Assembly: GCA_025558095.1 (NCBI GenBank)
Contig: JAIVFI010000036.1
Span: 1-64,000, forward strand
DNA from: Hyaloraphidium curvatum SAG 235-1
Lineage: Eukaryota; Fungi; Monoblepharomycota
Direction: 5' to 3'
DNA: 64,000 nucleotides
The translations under genes and the position numbers were made by a program. Of this stretch, positions 22,845 through 35,840 are shown one piece after another. Below the pieces are notes generated by a model that ran no database searches, was not told where the DNA came from, and saw nothing but the letters and a program-made list of their open reading frames with translations. Numbering within the stretch: position 1 is the first letter of the stretch; the number at the start of each line of letters is the position of its first letter.

Positions 22845-24396
22845 TCAGCCGCACGACATTTCCAGCGTCACGTACGTCTCCTGGGCCCTCAGTACCGACC
22901 ACACCCCGATCAGCACCGTGCACACGGTCGCGAACGCCGTCCGTAGCACGGAGTACGTCACAACGAATCCCAGCAAGCGCGCGCGGTACCCGTCCACCTC
23001 CCGGATGGATCCCAGCACGGCGTCGTGTGCGCGCAGAGATGCGGCAGCGGCGGCGCGCGGGCCCAGCGGGTCGGCAAGGAGCGGATCTGCGAGGATGCGA
23101 CGGATCTCGAGGCGCGCGCGGGAGTACAGGTCGCGCACGGATTCGACGGAGCCGTTGGCGGCCGCAAAGTTGACGAGGTCGATGGAGAGGATGAGGGCGA
23201 CGTAGCCGAGGTAGTAGAGGAAGAACCACGGGATGCAGTTGCCCGCAATCTGGCGCAAAAGGCTGGTCGTTAGAGGGGCACGGGAGCTTGGCGAGCGGCG
23301 CAGGGCCCACGACGTTTGCGACCGCGCAGATCGCCATCGCGGACGAAACGAAGAGCGGCGAGCTGACGTTGGCGCTGGAGATCCGGTCACGCCATGCGGC
23401 TGCCAGATGCTGGTGCAGTCTATGTAGAGCTGTCCAGATGTGGAGCAAGTTGAGGAAACCGCGCCTGTCCCGGCATCTGGGTCGTCTTGGCCGTCACTGA
23501 CGACGGGAGCCCCTTCGAGAGCTTCGCGGCGGAGGTCGGCGAGGAGCAATGAGAGCGCCGTGCGCACGGAACGGTGGTGCAGGCGTTGGGAAAGCCGGAG
23601 GAGCGCCACGTTGGTCGAGAAGCGGCCCAGCTGGATGATGGGTATGATGGCGAAGACCTGCACCACGACTGGGAACCAAACGATCAGATCCATCGATTCA
23701 GTTTTCGATGCACTACCTTAGCCATCACTTACTTTGGACAACAACCACCAATGTGGCCCACCAGGTGGACCATGTCTCGGCGCCGACAAGCACTGTCCAG
23801 GTGGCCGCCAGAACCAAGCCAAAGTGAGCCACGGATTTGACGACCATCTCCAGGACGCGTATCGCGGCGGCTCCGCGGGCGACTGTTCCCGCGCAGCCCC
23901 GGCAGCGGGCACGGGCCCGCAACACCATCCAGCTTCTTCCTGCGGGCTTCGTGGTTGATTGTGGACATGTAGGCCAGGAGCAGCGAGTTCCACATCGAGA
24001 TCCTGAACTGGAGCAGGACCGCGGTCGCCGTCGCCACGATGGCCTGCGTGCGCCCGAATCCGCCCGGCACGTAGAACAGCCAGAAAAGGACCCAGACGGC
24101 GACCAGGCACAGGAAGCCGGCGGTCATGGCTTGGAAGAGGAAGCGCGCGGCGGGCGCGGCTGCGCGGTGTAGGCGGAACAGCAGCGCCAGCGACGCGCTC
24201 GCGGCGCGGAGGTCCGAAGCCATCGCCTTGTCGGTCAGTGGACGCGTCCTCCGCAGCTCCGCGGCGCGGTCGGGGGGCGCCGGGTGGCCCGAGAGGTCGT
24301 CGGGGACGTTTCCGGGCGACGGGAAGAGCGCGAGCCATCGGCCTCGGAGAACGCGGGCGCGTCGGGGGGAACAGAGTCCTTGGACGCCGGTGTCAT
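22845..24396 (-). pseudogene. 7-TM family protein (GRL/7TM-ion-channel-like), copy 1; two introns and ~3 frameshifts
   Basis: WLALFPSP N-terminal motif; GNCIPW; DLVNFAAAN; RARLLGFVVTYSVLRTAFATVCTVLIGVWSVLRAQETYVTLEMSCG*; frame changes near 24338, 23910 and 23420. Confidence 0.7.
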
Positions 24397-24699
24397 ATTG
24401 AGGGCCACAAAGGAGAGTAAACGGAAGACTTGAAGAACGGGGTGCGTGGGAGGCTGGGCGACCATAAGCTTCCGCGGAAAGGGGATACCTGGGGGACACA
24501 ACACCGGACAGTCAGCGGCGTATAGAGGCCATCGTGCCAAAGAGTCCAAGGACTCTGTACGAAAGTCTACTCGAATCGAAATCAAGATGCCTGGAGAAAG
24601 ATACACCGCGTTCCCTCGTTCCCATCGATGCCGCGAACCAGAGTCGAAGATCCCTGTAGAAGACCACCCTCCCGCACATATCGCTCCCGCCCGTGCCGC

Positions 24700-27600
24700 C
24701 TAACGCCTCTCCACGAGCCTGAACCTGACCAGCAGCACGAACAGCACCGCCAGCCCGACGTTCCACCCGACCAGCGCAAAGGCGTTGGTCCAGTACGAAC
24801 CGAGGTCGAACCCGAACAGCTTGCCGAGGATCGTCGAGGCCGGGATGGAGATGGAGATGCCCTCGAGGTTGTCGACGATCTGGAAGGGGGTGGTTGAGCG
24901 GGGGGATCCCGGGGGTTCGGAAGGCAGCGGGGACCCACCATGCTGTCGGCCGCCTCGTTGACGGCCAGCGCCTCGGTCGCGTACCGGAAGATGCTCAGGT
25001 ACTGTATCCAGCTCAGCGCGGCGGGGATGGTGGCCAGGTTGATCAGGAACCCGCCAAAGAGCATCGAAAACAGCATGAAGATGCTGCAGGCCAGGTTGGC
25101 CGTGCCCGGGTCCTGGATGCCGGCGGCGGCGCACATGCACAGCAGCGCGGCGGCGCAGTCGAAGAGCACGAGGACGAGGAGGAACTTGAGGAAGGCGTCG
25201 GCGGTGGGGGTGAGGCCGACCATCCAGTAGGCCGTGGAGCCGACGATGAGCGCCGGCACGGCGCGGAGGGGCAGGAGGTCGAAGAGCATCTTGGCGAAGG
25301 AGAAGGCCGCGGGGCCGTAGTACCCCGCCGCGCGCTCGCGCACGAAGAGCAGGCGCTCCCCGGCGAGCACGCCCAGCGCCGAGAGGGCCGAGAAGCCGAG
25401 GAGGGCGAGGACGAAGAACATGCCGCCGAGCTTGTTCTGCAGGCCGCCGATGGTCTGGGGCGACTTGAAGTACAGCCCGCCGACGAGGAGGCCGAGGGCC
25501 ACGGCGACGGCGAGGTGGGCGACGAGCAGCGAGGGGTCGCGGAGGAGGGTGCGCAGCGAGCGCCCGCAGACGGCCGAGAGGCGCGTGAGCACCGAGACCT
25601 TGGGCTGCGAGGCCTGCGCGGCGAGGGTGGGGTAGTCGGCGCCCTCGGGCTCGGCCTCCTCCTCGGACGCGCCGGTGGAGCCGTCGGCCGACTTGCGGAG
25701 GTGGCGGACCGAAGAGTCCTCGATGGCGTAGCTGATTTCCGAAGCCGGCTTCTCGGGGTCGCCGCCGACAGAGTAGCTGCGCACGCCGGAGCGAGAGAGG
25801 GTATCGGCCTGCTCGACCGCGAGGTCGACTGGAGGAAAGCCAAAGGTAAGCGAACCATCGAGACACCGAACGTCGAGCAACCCACGGAGGTAGTCCGCCA
25901 CGTTGTAGTCCTCGGGACACTCGAACCCCCTCCCCGCAAAGTGCGCCTTGGCCGCCCTCGCCTTGCCCGCGTACATCACCTTGCCCTTACTCAGCAGCAC
26001 GAGGTCGTCCAGCAGCCTGAACGCGTCCGAGCTCGGCTGGTGGATCGACAGCACGACCGTCTTGCCCTCGGCCGCGAGGTCCTTGAGCGTCCTGAGCAGG
26101 CTCGCGGCGGTGTGGCTGTCCAGGCCCGAGGTGGGCTCGTCCAGGGCGATGATCCCCGACCCCGTGACGAGCTCGCATGCGATCGACACGCGGCGGCGCT
26201 CGCCGCCCGAGACGCCGCGCACGCCGCTGCCGCCGACGCGGGTGCCGGCGACGTGGGCGAGGCCGAGGGAGGCGATGACCGCGTCGACGCGGGCCTCGCG
26301 CGCGGCGTCGGGGAAGCCCTCGGGGAGCCGGCACCGCGCCGAGAAGGCGACGCACTCGCGCACCGTCATGTAGGGCAGGAAGTGGTCCTCCTGGTCGACA
26401 AAGGCGACGCGCTTGGCCAGCTTGCGCCGCGCGACGGGCTCGCCGCCCGCCGAGAAGGCGCCCGTCACCCGGCCGGCCTTGGCCTTGCCCGCCACCAGGT
26501 CCAGCAGGCTCGACTTGCCCGACCCCGAGGGGCCCATGATGGCCGTGATCCTCCCCGCCGCCGCGCGCCCCGAAACCCCCTCCAGAACGACCCTGTGCCC
26601 CTTCTTCCCGCGCTTGCCGACCTCGTACCCGACCCCCTCGAACGCCACGTCCGCCCCGCGCGTGCCCACGTCGTCAACGACCGCCTTGCGCGCCTTGACC
26701 TGCCCGGCCTTGGCGAACGCGAACGACCCGCAGCACACGAGCAGCAGCGCGCCCACCGCCGCCGCGCCGCCGGCCACCGCGGCCGTGTTGACCGTCCGCG
26801 TCTCGGCGGCGGCGGGCGCGGCGCCGGCCGCCTGGGAAGTCTGCTCCCGCGACGCGAGGCATTCCCCGTGCGCGCAACCGGAGAGTTTGATCCCCTGCGG
26901 CAGGATCCCCTTGAGCTGGTCCACGCGGAAGCGGCACTCGGTGCCGTTGCCGGCGGCGTCGAACGGGCAGTCGAGCGTGAACGGCCCCGTCACGGAGGAC
27001 AGCGGGCCCGTGAGGTCCACGAGGCTGCCGGGCTCGCCGCACATCTTTGCGCCCTTGACGCAGTCGCACCTCGCGTCCGCGCAGTCCCACACGTCCGCCC
27101 CGCCCGCGAGCCGGCGGGTGCACCGCGAGAAGGCGCACCGGAAGTTGAGCTGCGGGCCGTAGTAGATGCTCCCGACCGCGGTGCCCTGCGGCAGGTTGCG
27201 CGCCAGGGCGACGCGGATGGGCGCGCCGGGGAACAGGGTGGTGAGCATGGGCTCGTCAACCGCGCACTGCGAGTTGCTCTGCCCCGAAACCACCAGCGCC
27301 CCTTGCCCGCACGTGGGCCGGGAGGAGTTGACCGCGGCGCAGCCGGCGTCGGCGGTGCAGATGTTGCATTCCAGCCCTCCGAACCCGGCGGGGCAGGTGC
27401 CGTCGCTGGTCAGCGGCAGCGCCTGCGCGGGGGTGCTCCCGCCCAGGCCGGCGGGCAGGGTCATGGTTGCGTTGGGCTTGGGCCCGCCGTTCGGGTCGCA
27501 CGAGGCCACGACGAAGTTGACGATCAGCGAGACGTACTGCTTGTACGCCCCCACCACGCGCGAGGAGTAGGAAGCGCGGTCGAGCGCCGAGACGACCGAG

Positions 27601-28419
27601 ATGGTGCAGTTTGCGCAGAGGAAGTCCGGGTTGGTGAGCACCCCGAGGGCGCCTTGCAGCGCGCCGTCCGAGGACGAGTTGCCCAGCCCCGAGAGCACCG
27701 GACCGACGGTGCGGACGAGGTCGAACACGCACCAGTCGTTGGTGGAGTTGCTGCCGGGCTTGGGCTTCTGGCACCCGACGTCGAGCGCGGCCAGGGCGAG
27801 GTCGACGACGTCCTTGGCGGTGAACTGCGTGCCGAGCGGCTGCAGGAAGCCCTGCAGGGTGGGCGAGATCTCGTCCTTGTTCTTCTCCAGCACGGGGCCG
27901 ATGTCGATGATGACCTCGGTGCCGCACCTCGGCACCACCACGTCGCCCCACTCGCGGATCCGGTCGGCGCACGAGCCGCCGCACAGGCCGGGGAGCGCGT
28001 TCTGGAAGGCCACGGCGGCGTCGTAGTTGGCCTGCAGGTTGGGCGAGACGACGAGGGAGAGGCCGGAGAGGAGGGAGATGAGGTTGCAGTTGACCAGGAT
28101 CTGGACGAGCTGGTCAAGGGGGAGGGCGGTTAGACACTCTGTGCCAGAGTGTTCCGGGGCAGCAGCCCACCTTGGGGTCCAGCAGGCCGAAGAAGCAGCC
28201 GGGCGAGAGGCCCTTGCCGAACAGCGAGGTGAAGTCGCCAAAGTCGAAGCCGCGGGGGGCCAGGCTGTGGGCCGCGGCGGCCTCCAGCTCCGTGGTGAAC
28301 GCCGCGGCGTGCGCCTCGCGGGAGAGGGCGGGGGTGTCGGGGGCGGCCGCGGCGAGGGTCGCGGCGAGGAGGACGGCCGCGAGTGCGAGGAGCACCATGC
28401 GGGCTGCCATGCTGGCCAT
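24700..28419 (-). CDS. ABCG half-transporter with large Cys-rich/EGF-like lumenal N-terminus (ADP1-like); spliced
   Basis: Signal peptide; CPAGFGGLEC EGF-like motif; TM; Walker A GPSGSGKS, signature VSGGE, IIALDEPTSGLD, SIHQP; ABC2 membrane domain. Confidence 0.9.
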
Positions 28420-29068
28420 GGCGTCCGGCGGTGGGTGGTCGGAGAGGGAGAGGTGAATGTGATGGGCGTGGAGGCCGCCCCGGGGGACCTTATCCGCCCG
28501 TCGGGGGGCGGTCGGGCATCCGCCTCAGCAGGCGAGGCGGTGCGCGGCGGAGCAGGGCCGCAAACTCGGCCCATAAACAGCACACGATCGGGGCGATTCC
28601 CGCCCTCCGGCGCTCGGAGATTTATCTGCATGGGTCAAGGAAGCTACATGCGCGCTGCGGCGGCGGATGGAGCAGTGGGAGGCCGGCAAACGGGGGGGAG
28701 ACGGTTACAGCGCCTGCTCCGCCACGTCCGCCTCACTGGACCCCGGACCTCTCAACCGGCTGAACCGCCTTGCCCCCGCATAAACCCGGTGCGAGGAGAT
28801 TAAATTCAAGCGAGGGTGTTTAGGAGGAGGCCGTAGCGGTGCTGGACTGGCAGGCTGGATGGGAGGTCAAGGGGTGGGGACCCGGGCGCGGGCGCGTACC
28901 CTGGACCCCCCTCCCTCAACTGACAGTGCTCCGACATGTCCCCTTCAGCATCCATGAGCTACAATCTGCAGTGTTCATGGGTGTCTGGCTCCTAATCCCG
29001 CCTCCAGCGGGGGGGTCCCGTGACCCCCGAATAGGCTCGCCAGGCCGGTGTCCGCCACCTCCCACAAC

Positions 29069-29608
29069 ATGCCCGCGTCCTCCCCCCGCCGCCGCGCCTC
29101 CCCGCGCCGCCCCCGGCCGCGCTCCCGCTCCCCCGGCCGCATCTTCCCCGTCGCCACCCTGCGCATCCCCCTCCGCGCCGTGTGCGGCTACCTCCTCCTC
29201 CCCGGCCCGCGCCTCCTCACCGTGCTCTCCGCCTCCTCGGGCCGCGTGGGCGTGCCCGGCGGCTTCGTGGACAGGCGGGACCGCTGTCCCTTTGCCGCGC
29301 TGGAGCGCGAGTGGCGCGAGGAGGTCGGCACGCGGCTCCCGGAGTGCGAGGTGCTGGCGCGGTTCGTGGCGCCAGAGGACAGGGGCGAGACGGGGGTGTA
29401 CCTGCTCCGCCTGGCGCCGCGGGCGGACCCCGCCGAGGTCAGGTTCGACGGGGAGAGGAGCGACGGGGAGATGCGGGGGATCGCGCTGCGGACGCTGGAA
29501 GAGATGAGGGAGGGCGTGGAGGGCAGGGCGGGGTGGAGGATGAGGGGGTGCGCGGTGGAGAGCACGAGGGTGGTGCTGGACTGGCTCGAGGAGAGGGGCT
29601 GGCGGTGA
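29069..29608 (+). CDS. NUDIX hydrolase-like protein
   Basis: GVPGGFVDRRDRCPFAALEREWREEVG approximates the Nudix box GX5EX7REUXEEXG. Confidence 0.7.
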   Translation: MPASSPRRRASPRRPRPRSRSPGRIFPVATLRIPLRAVCGYLLLPGPRLLTVLSASSGRVGVPGGFVDRRDRCPFAALEREWREEVGTRLPECEVLARFVAPEDRGETGVYLLRLAPRADPAEVRFDGERSDGEMRGIALRTLEEMREGVEGRAGWRMRGCAVESTRVVLDWLEERGWR

Positions 29609-29887
29609 CTACCCCCAAAGGGGGTAGCTAATGGGTGGTGGGTGGACCTTGGAGTCGTTGTGTCAGGGGACGGCTCGAGCGCCGCGGTCGCGCTGGCAGG
29701 GGTGGAATCGGCGAGCTGGCGGGGTTCTTTCAGTCACGACACTGGGCAGCGTCGTTTTCGTGTGGTTCGGCCGGAGATCTGGGGTGGGAGCCGGCAATGG
29801 GGCCGTGGGGAGGAACTCGGAGGGAGGATGCTGGAGTCTCCGTCGCTGTAGCACGCACTTGCCATGAATCGCTTCGTTATCGCATGT

Positions 29888-30440
29888 CTACGAGGAAGCA
29901 TCCCTGCACGCAGCCCTGTGGGACGCCCGCGCTGCGCGCTGGCAGGCAACGGAGCAGTACCGCGCGACCTTGCAGCCCGAGCATCGGAGCAGGGAACCGC
30001 CGTCGCTGCCCCTGTCCCCGCAGCAGTTGCACGAGTCCGTGATGATGCCATCGTGGATCTCCGCGCGCATCGCACCGGGCACCTTCTGCCCCAGAACTGC
30101 TGCCCGCACCGTGAGTGTCCGCGGCGCGGACGAGCATGGTCAGCCTCTCCTCCGCCACGAGGTGCCAGCCCTCGCGCTTCGCGGGGAGGCCGGCCGATTC
30201 CATCTCTCGCACGGCTTTTGCAAAGGTCTCTGCCGGCGGGACTGCGCTGCTCTCGGCGAGTTTCCAGCTGCGCTTGGCCCATGGGGCCCAATATTCTCTT
30301 CGTTCATGCGCCAAGGGTATCGAGGCGCTCGTACGGGTTCATGGTTGCCCCGGAACCGGTCACCGTAAGTGGTGTCCCGGTAAGGACTTCCCGTAGAAGT
30401 CCAAGGGAGTGGTTGCTGGTAGAAAGCGTCGAGGAGCTCG
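29888..30440 (-). pseudogene. MYND zinc-finger protein remnant; frameshifted, no clear start
   Basis: C-terminal CNCC...LLRCSGCKVARYCSVACQRAARASHRAAC*; the upstream helical part is in another frame and resembles 52794-53951. Confidence 0.6.
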
Positions 30441-30528
30441 GCGTGTGATCACTCTACGACCACAAGGTCAGCCATGTGGCAATGCGGCCGCAGACCCACT
30501 CCCACTCCACTCGTCGCCGTCGGAGACA

Positions 30529-32571
30529 ATGGGGGCCCGGTCGGCGACGCCCGCGCTGCTGCGCACGCCGGGCGCTCTCTTATTGGCGCTCGCGGGGCTT
30601 ACCTTGGCGGTCGCGGCGGTCGTCGGAGCCGCGGCTGACGCGGGGGGAAGCGGGAAGCGGGCCCTCGAGCCGCGCGCGAACGGCGCCGCTGCGTTCGCAG
30701 CTGGGCCGCGGTGCTGCGCCGGCTGCAGCTACACCGCGCCGTGCTGCTGCGGGGCGCGAAAGACCGTCGGGAGCACCCGAACGAGGACCGTCGTGCGGAC
30801 GCGGACGGTGACCGCCTCCAACAGGGCGGCCGCGAGGTTGTTCCCCGAGCCGCTGTCTGTTGACAGCGAGGCCGAATGGGGCCCGATCGACGCCGATGCC
30901 GGGACTTCTGCCGCGGCTGCCCATCTTTTCGCCCGCCATCTTTGTCCTCTATGCCCAGCCGGGATTGTTCCGCGGCTCAACTCGGGGGCCAACTCCTACT
31001 GCTGCCCTCGGCCCCTTACCCGGCTCAAGACCGTCACTCGGACCCGCATATTGACCCGGACGGTCAAACGAGCACCCGGGCCGTCCACCACTACGAAAGC
31101 CAACCCGCTGGTGAGCAGATCACCCGGGCGGACACCCGCCATCCCGGCTCACCTGTTATCCAAATCCCGCGATCTAGCGAAACGTCACCGTCTACGGCGT
31201 CTTGTTCCTGGACGTGGACGGCTCCGGCACCTTCACCCAACCCCCCGACGTCCCCCTTTCCGGGGTCACCCTCGCCGTGGTGCCCGCCGCCCGCGCCGCC
31301 TCCGGGGGCACCAACGTCACCGGGCCGGACGGCCGCTTCTCCATCACCTTCGTGCCGCCCGCGGACGGCTCCCGAATGGGCATTTCGGACTCGAACGGGA
31401 CCCTGGCCACCTTTGTCATCCAAGGGGGGCAACCTGTGCCGTCGACGTTTGACCTGGCCATCAGGCCCGGGAACTCGACCACCCGGTCCGCGTCGTCGAC
31501 GTCGAACCTCACGCCTTCGACGTCCAGCTTTACGCCTTCGACTTCGAGCTTCACGCCTTCGACGTCAAGCTTCACGCCTTCGAGCTCAAGTTTCACGCCT
31601 TCGAGCTCAAGTTTCACGTCTTCGACGTCCAGCTTTACACCTTCGACTTCGAGCTTCACGCCTTCGACGTCCAGCTTTACACCTTCGACTTCGAGCTTCA
31701 CGCCTTCGACGTCAAGCTTCACGCCTTCCACCTCGAGCTTCACGCCTTCGAGCTCAAGTTTCACGCCTTCGACGTCCAGCTTCACGCCTTCGACCTCGAG
31801 CTTCACGCCTTCGACGTCCAGCTTTACGCCTTCGACCTCGAGCTTCACGCCTTCGACGTCAAGCTTCACGCCATCCACCTCGAGCTTCACGCCTTCGACG
31901 TCAAGCTTCACGCCTTCCACCTCGAGCTTCACGCCTTCGACGTCGAGCGACACCCAAACATCTTCGGTTCGTGTAGTTGCGAACCTGATGATTGTGCAAT
32001 CTCACAATTTGGGAACGACAGACCACATCGCTGTCGACGACGGAGTCTCTCACGACCACCCAAAGTTATTCAACGACCGCCACGACTGTTACGCCGTGAG
32101 TCCTTCCGGTTTAACTATCTCGCCCGCTGTGTGACGTTGGACAACCCAAAGCAGCACGTCGACGAAGCTAACAACGACGGCAACTCCGGCATGGTAAGAC
32201 AAGTCCCTGCCGCCAATCACCGCTTGCCAACATCGTTCACCGCCAGGTTTATCAAGTGCGGAGAAAGGGAGCCCTTGACCAGCAATATTCCTGGAGTCAC
32301 AATGACTGGAGTCTACGTCTGCAATAGCGCTGTACTTCCTCCTGCCGTAGTGGGCACCGCGCCTGGCGCCTCATTTGCTGACTGTGTCACGGCTTGCTAT
32401 AATAGCGCTTGTGACCAAGTGCACTACGATGGAACCACGTGAGTTTTGGCAAAATTCGGTGCACGGGTCCGTTGCTGACCGAGTTGTAACAGATGCACTT
32501 TTGGCAATGGAGCCATCATGATTGGATATGCCCCAGGCTTTGAAACATGGTACATTGATATATCGTTTTGA
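30529..32571 (+). CDS. Secreted mucin-like modular protein: Cys-rich N-terminus, SdrD-B-like domain, (TPSTSSF)n repeat and C-terminal Cys (PAN/apple-like) module; spliced
   Basis: Signal LLLALAGLTLAVAAVVGAAA; CCAGC..CCC, CPLCP..YCCP; GVLFLDVDGSGTF..TGPDGRFSI; S/T repeat; CVTACYNSAC. Confidence 0.7.
31508..31948 (+). repeat. Coding minisatellite, 21-bp unit, ~21 copies, encoding TPSTSSF
   Basis: Directly visible unit ttcacgccttcgacgtc(c/a)agc with mostly synonymous variation. Confidence 0.95.
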
Positions 32572-32822
32572 TGACACATGTAAGCCTAAGGCCCGGGTGT
32601 AGCATGTAGAGAAACCGTTCACTCCTCGTCTGCGGCGACTAGGGCGTTTAGTGCTCGCCGGCTCATTCGAATCTGCGGAATTACGAGATGCGGACGGCTC
32701 GAAACGCGCGATCGTGAGCATCTGCCACACAGCAAAGAGCGATATCGAGCGGCATACCTGCTCAGGCAGTGATGCAACGGTGAAAAAAACACTCTTCTAA
32801 AGCACTCTAGCGCGGCAGGCAG

Positions 32823-34324
32823 CTACAACCTCGCCCCCGTCGCGCCCCAGCCCTGCTCCGCCGCCACCTCCCCCTCGGTACCCGCGAAGCACTCGACGAT
32901 GCGCGCCAGGAGGCGCTGCACGTTCTTCTCCTTCTTGCTGGGTGTCTTGCCCAGCCTGACGACGACGAGGTCCAGCTTGGGCACGCAGACGACGTACTGC
33001 GCCTCGTGGCCGTTCATCGAGAAGGCTTCGCGGGGGTGCGGAATCAGCACTGGCTATCCTTCCCGGCCAACATGCGCGGGGCGACCACCCACCTCCCCAT
33101 TTTCCTCCGACCAGCGGGTCCATCCACACCCACCAATGCCACCCATAGCCAAAGTTCTCCCCCGCTGCCGCCGGATACCCCGCCTGCATCGTCCTCGCGG
33201 TGTCCGCCCACCCCTGTGGGAGCAGCCTCCTCCCCTCCCACACCCCATCGCGCATGTAAAGCAGCCCCATACGCGCGAACGAGAGCGCCGAGGCGTAGAG
33301 GAACGACGAGCCGACGAAGACGCCCTGCGCGTCGTACCGAGGGTCGGCGTCGCGCATGCCGATGGAATCGAGGAGGGAGCGGAAGAAGGATTGCAGGGAT
33401 TCGCCCGGGGGGAGCAGGCGGGAGATGCAGAGGCACAGGATGTTGGAGGTGCCGGAGGAGTAGTACCAGGCCGTGCCGGGCGGATGGACTTGCGGGCGGG
33501 CGAGGGCGAAGCCGGGGGGGTTGTCTTTGCCCTGCCGGAAGAGCTGTGGGTGCCAGACAAGCGGACAACGCGTCAGCCTGATGGGAGGTAGACGGAACCC
33601 GGTGTGTGCAACCCACCATCTGGATCACGTCGCTGTTGTCCCCATCCACGTAGTCCTCCGCGAACCCCCTCCCGCTCCGCATCTCCACCAGCTCCCTCAT
33701 CGCCACCCCCCGCTTCCCCTCCTCCTTCCACTCGGGCAGCGGCGCCTCCACCTCGAGGTCGAACGGCAGGATCCCGCGGAGCACCAGGGCGCCCAGCATC
33801 GCGTGGACGAACGACTTGGCCATGCTCCAGGAAACCAGCCGCGTGGTGGGGGAGGAGGAGGGGCCGTACTGGTGGTGCACGAGGCGACCGCGGTGGATCA
33901 CGGCGAGGGAAAAGGTGCGGCCCATGGCTTCCAGGGCCGCGGGCGACTCGAGGTCGCCGATGGCTTCGCCGAGTTTGGCCGCGGCGGACGGCGGGATATC
34001 GCCGGTCGGCCAGCCGCACGGGTCCAGGGAGCGCGGGGGATTACGGTTCTTCTGGTGCTCGGCGGTGGTGAGCGGCTCCGGGCCGGGGAAGGGCACGCCG
34101 GCCGGCTGCCGCGTCGGGAGGGCAGTCGGCACCCACGCCGGGTGCGTCACCGGCTCGCTCTTGGCGGCGGAAGAGAGGAGGGCCGAGGATCCGTCGAGGA
34201 GTGCGACTTCCGCGGGGCCCACGGCGGCATCCGAGGCCGCGTAGAAGTGGGAGACGCCATCGGGGAAGACGATGCGGCGCTGGCGCGGCTGCACGAACTG
34301 CCGCGCAGGTGGGTTCCCGGCCAT
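32823..34324 (-). CDS. Serine hydrolase, beta-lactamase/PBP family (class C / NylB-like); spliced
   Basis: SWSMAKS (SxxK), ELVEMRSG, WYYSSG, FARMGLLYMRDGVWEGRRLLP, YGWHWW, GHEAQ; ends ARL. Confidence 0.88.
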
Positions 34325-34498
34325 TGCGAGAAGAATACGTTGACGATTGAGCCGCGATTTAGGCCGCGATGCGGCGTGGGAGATGTCGATTGACAGTTGG
34401 TCGGGGCTGTCTCCCTCGCTCAGCCTTCACGCCTCGAGGCCGATGGATTCATTCGCATTGTAAATCAGGCAAGCTTATTGAGTACAAAGCGTGAAACA

Positions 34499-35572
34499 TC
34501 ACAGCCTCGCCTCTGCTCCGCGCTCCCTCATCCTTCTTTCCTCCAACGCCCTCCGGTACGGCCCCATGTCCATCTTAGGATACCGCAGGCCGACGTCCGC
34601 GACGGTCTGCTCGTCCCAGTACTCTGAATCCACCTTCGGGAACCCGAACAGGTCCCGCGTCCGCATGTCCGTCTTCCCGAACCACGGGCTCCACCGTGGG
34701 TTGGTCGCGAAATCCGGCCACGCGTGCTTGCCGCCCCAGGGCGTGCCGCGGGGTTTGAAGTCCGCGGCGATGACGAAGCGCGAGCGCGGGTGGCCCTTGA
34801 ACGAGGATCCGCGGTGCAGGACGTCGGTTCGGTACTGGAACAAGGCGAGGGGTGAGTCCGGACTGCCGAGAACCGTGCGGGGACGACCCACGATGAGCAG
34901 CGACCCCGCCTTGCCCGTCACCGCGATCTCCTTCGGCGTGTACTTGTTCTCCGAGTACTTGAGGAACCGCTGCAGCGGGTGGGTCCCCGGCGGCGCGACA
35001 GTGGTCGGCCACAGCGGCAGGTCCTCGTACTCCTGGGTCGGCACGATCTTGGTCGGCGCGTCGGTCTCGGTCACGTCCGAGAGGAGGATCCAGGTGGTGT
35101 AGTGCCGGTACTTGCCGTCCCGCCGGGGGACGACGAGGGTGTGGTTCGTGTAGTCCCGGTGCAGGTTCTGGTCGTAGTCGACACCGCCCGAGTCTGCGGC
35201 CGGGGGTCAGACGGGCCCAAAGCCGTCCCGGAAAGGAGACGCACATTTTGCCCACAGCTCGATCTTGTAGAGGTCGATTTCCTTTGTCCCCATGAGTCTC
35301 TCCATAGCGTCCACCAAATCCGGGTGCACCGGGATGCTGTTTATCGAGTCCGAAGCGTACGGGAAACCCCTGTCGTTCCCCGCAAACTGCGTCGCCATGA
35401 ACTTCTTGTGCTCCGGCCGCTCGGGGTCGGCATGGTAGTCCTCCGGCCGCGGGAAGGTGAGCCACAGGCCGTCCCGGGCCGCGGCGACCTCGGCGTCGGT
35501 GAGGAAGCCGGGGACGATGGTGAACCCGCGGTCCGCAACCTCGCGGAGTTGGGCGTCCGTGATCTTCACCAT
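34499..35572 (-). CDS. PhyH-family Fe(II)/2OG oxygenase, copy 2; spliced
   Basis: Paralog of 13260-14335 with the same intron positions; LHRDY and DVLHRG motifs; ends ARL. Confidence 0.85.
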
Positions 35573-35840
35573 TCTGCCGGCGGAAGAGTCGGAGGGAGGG
35601 CGAGAGAAGGGGGACGGGAGCGGCCAGGGGTGGTGCGGCGGAGCCGGTGGCGGGTCAACTCGAGTCGAGTCGGCAGAGCCACGTATTGCCGTACGGATTT
35701 CCGACTTCTAGGTCAGACGGCCGAATGATGTAACATTCTAGTATTAGCTTCTGCAGATTCTAGTGTCCATTCGTGCCCGACCCCAGGGCGAGATTGCAGC
35801 TCCCATCCCAACAGCGACCGGGACAACCCGCAGCAGTCCG

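Noticed and set aside
24894-28133. 1079-aa plus-strand ORF, and many similar long Arg/Gly/Pro-rich ORFs across the window
   Set aside because: Antisense or alternate-frame shadows of real genes, expected in GC-rich DNA with strong GC3 bias
31508-31948. Possible CRISPR array
   Set aside because: Contiguous 21-bp units with no unique spacers, no cas genes, and eukaryotic context
31192-31953. Minus-strand ORF of (VEGVKL[D/E])n repeats
   Set aside because: It is the antisense shadow of the TPSTSSF minisatellite; the plus frame is embedded in a spliced gene with a signal peptide
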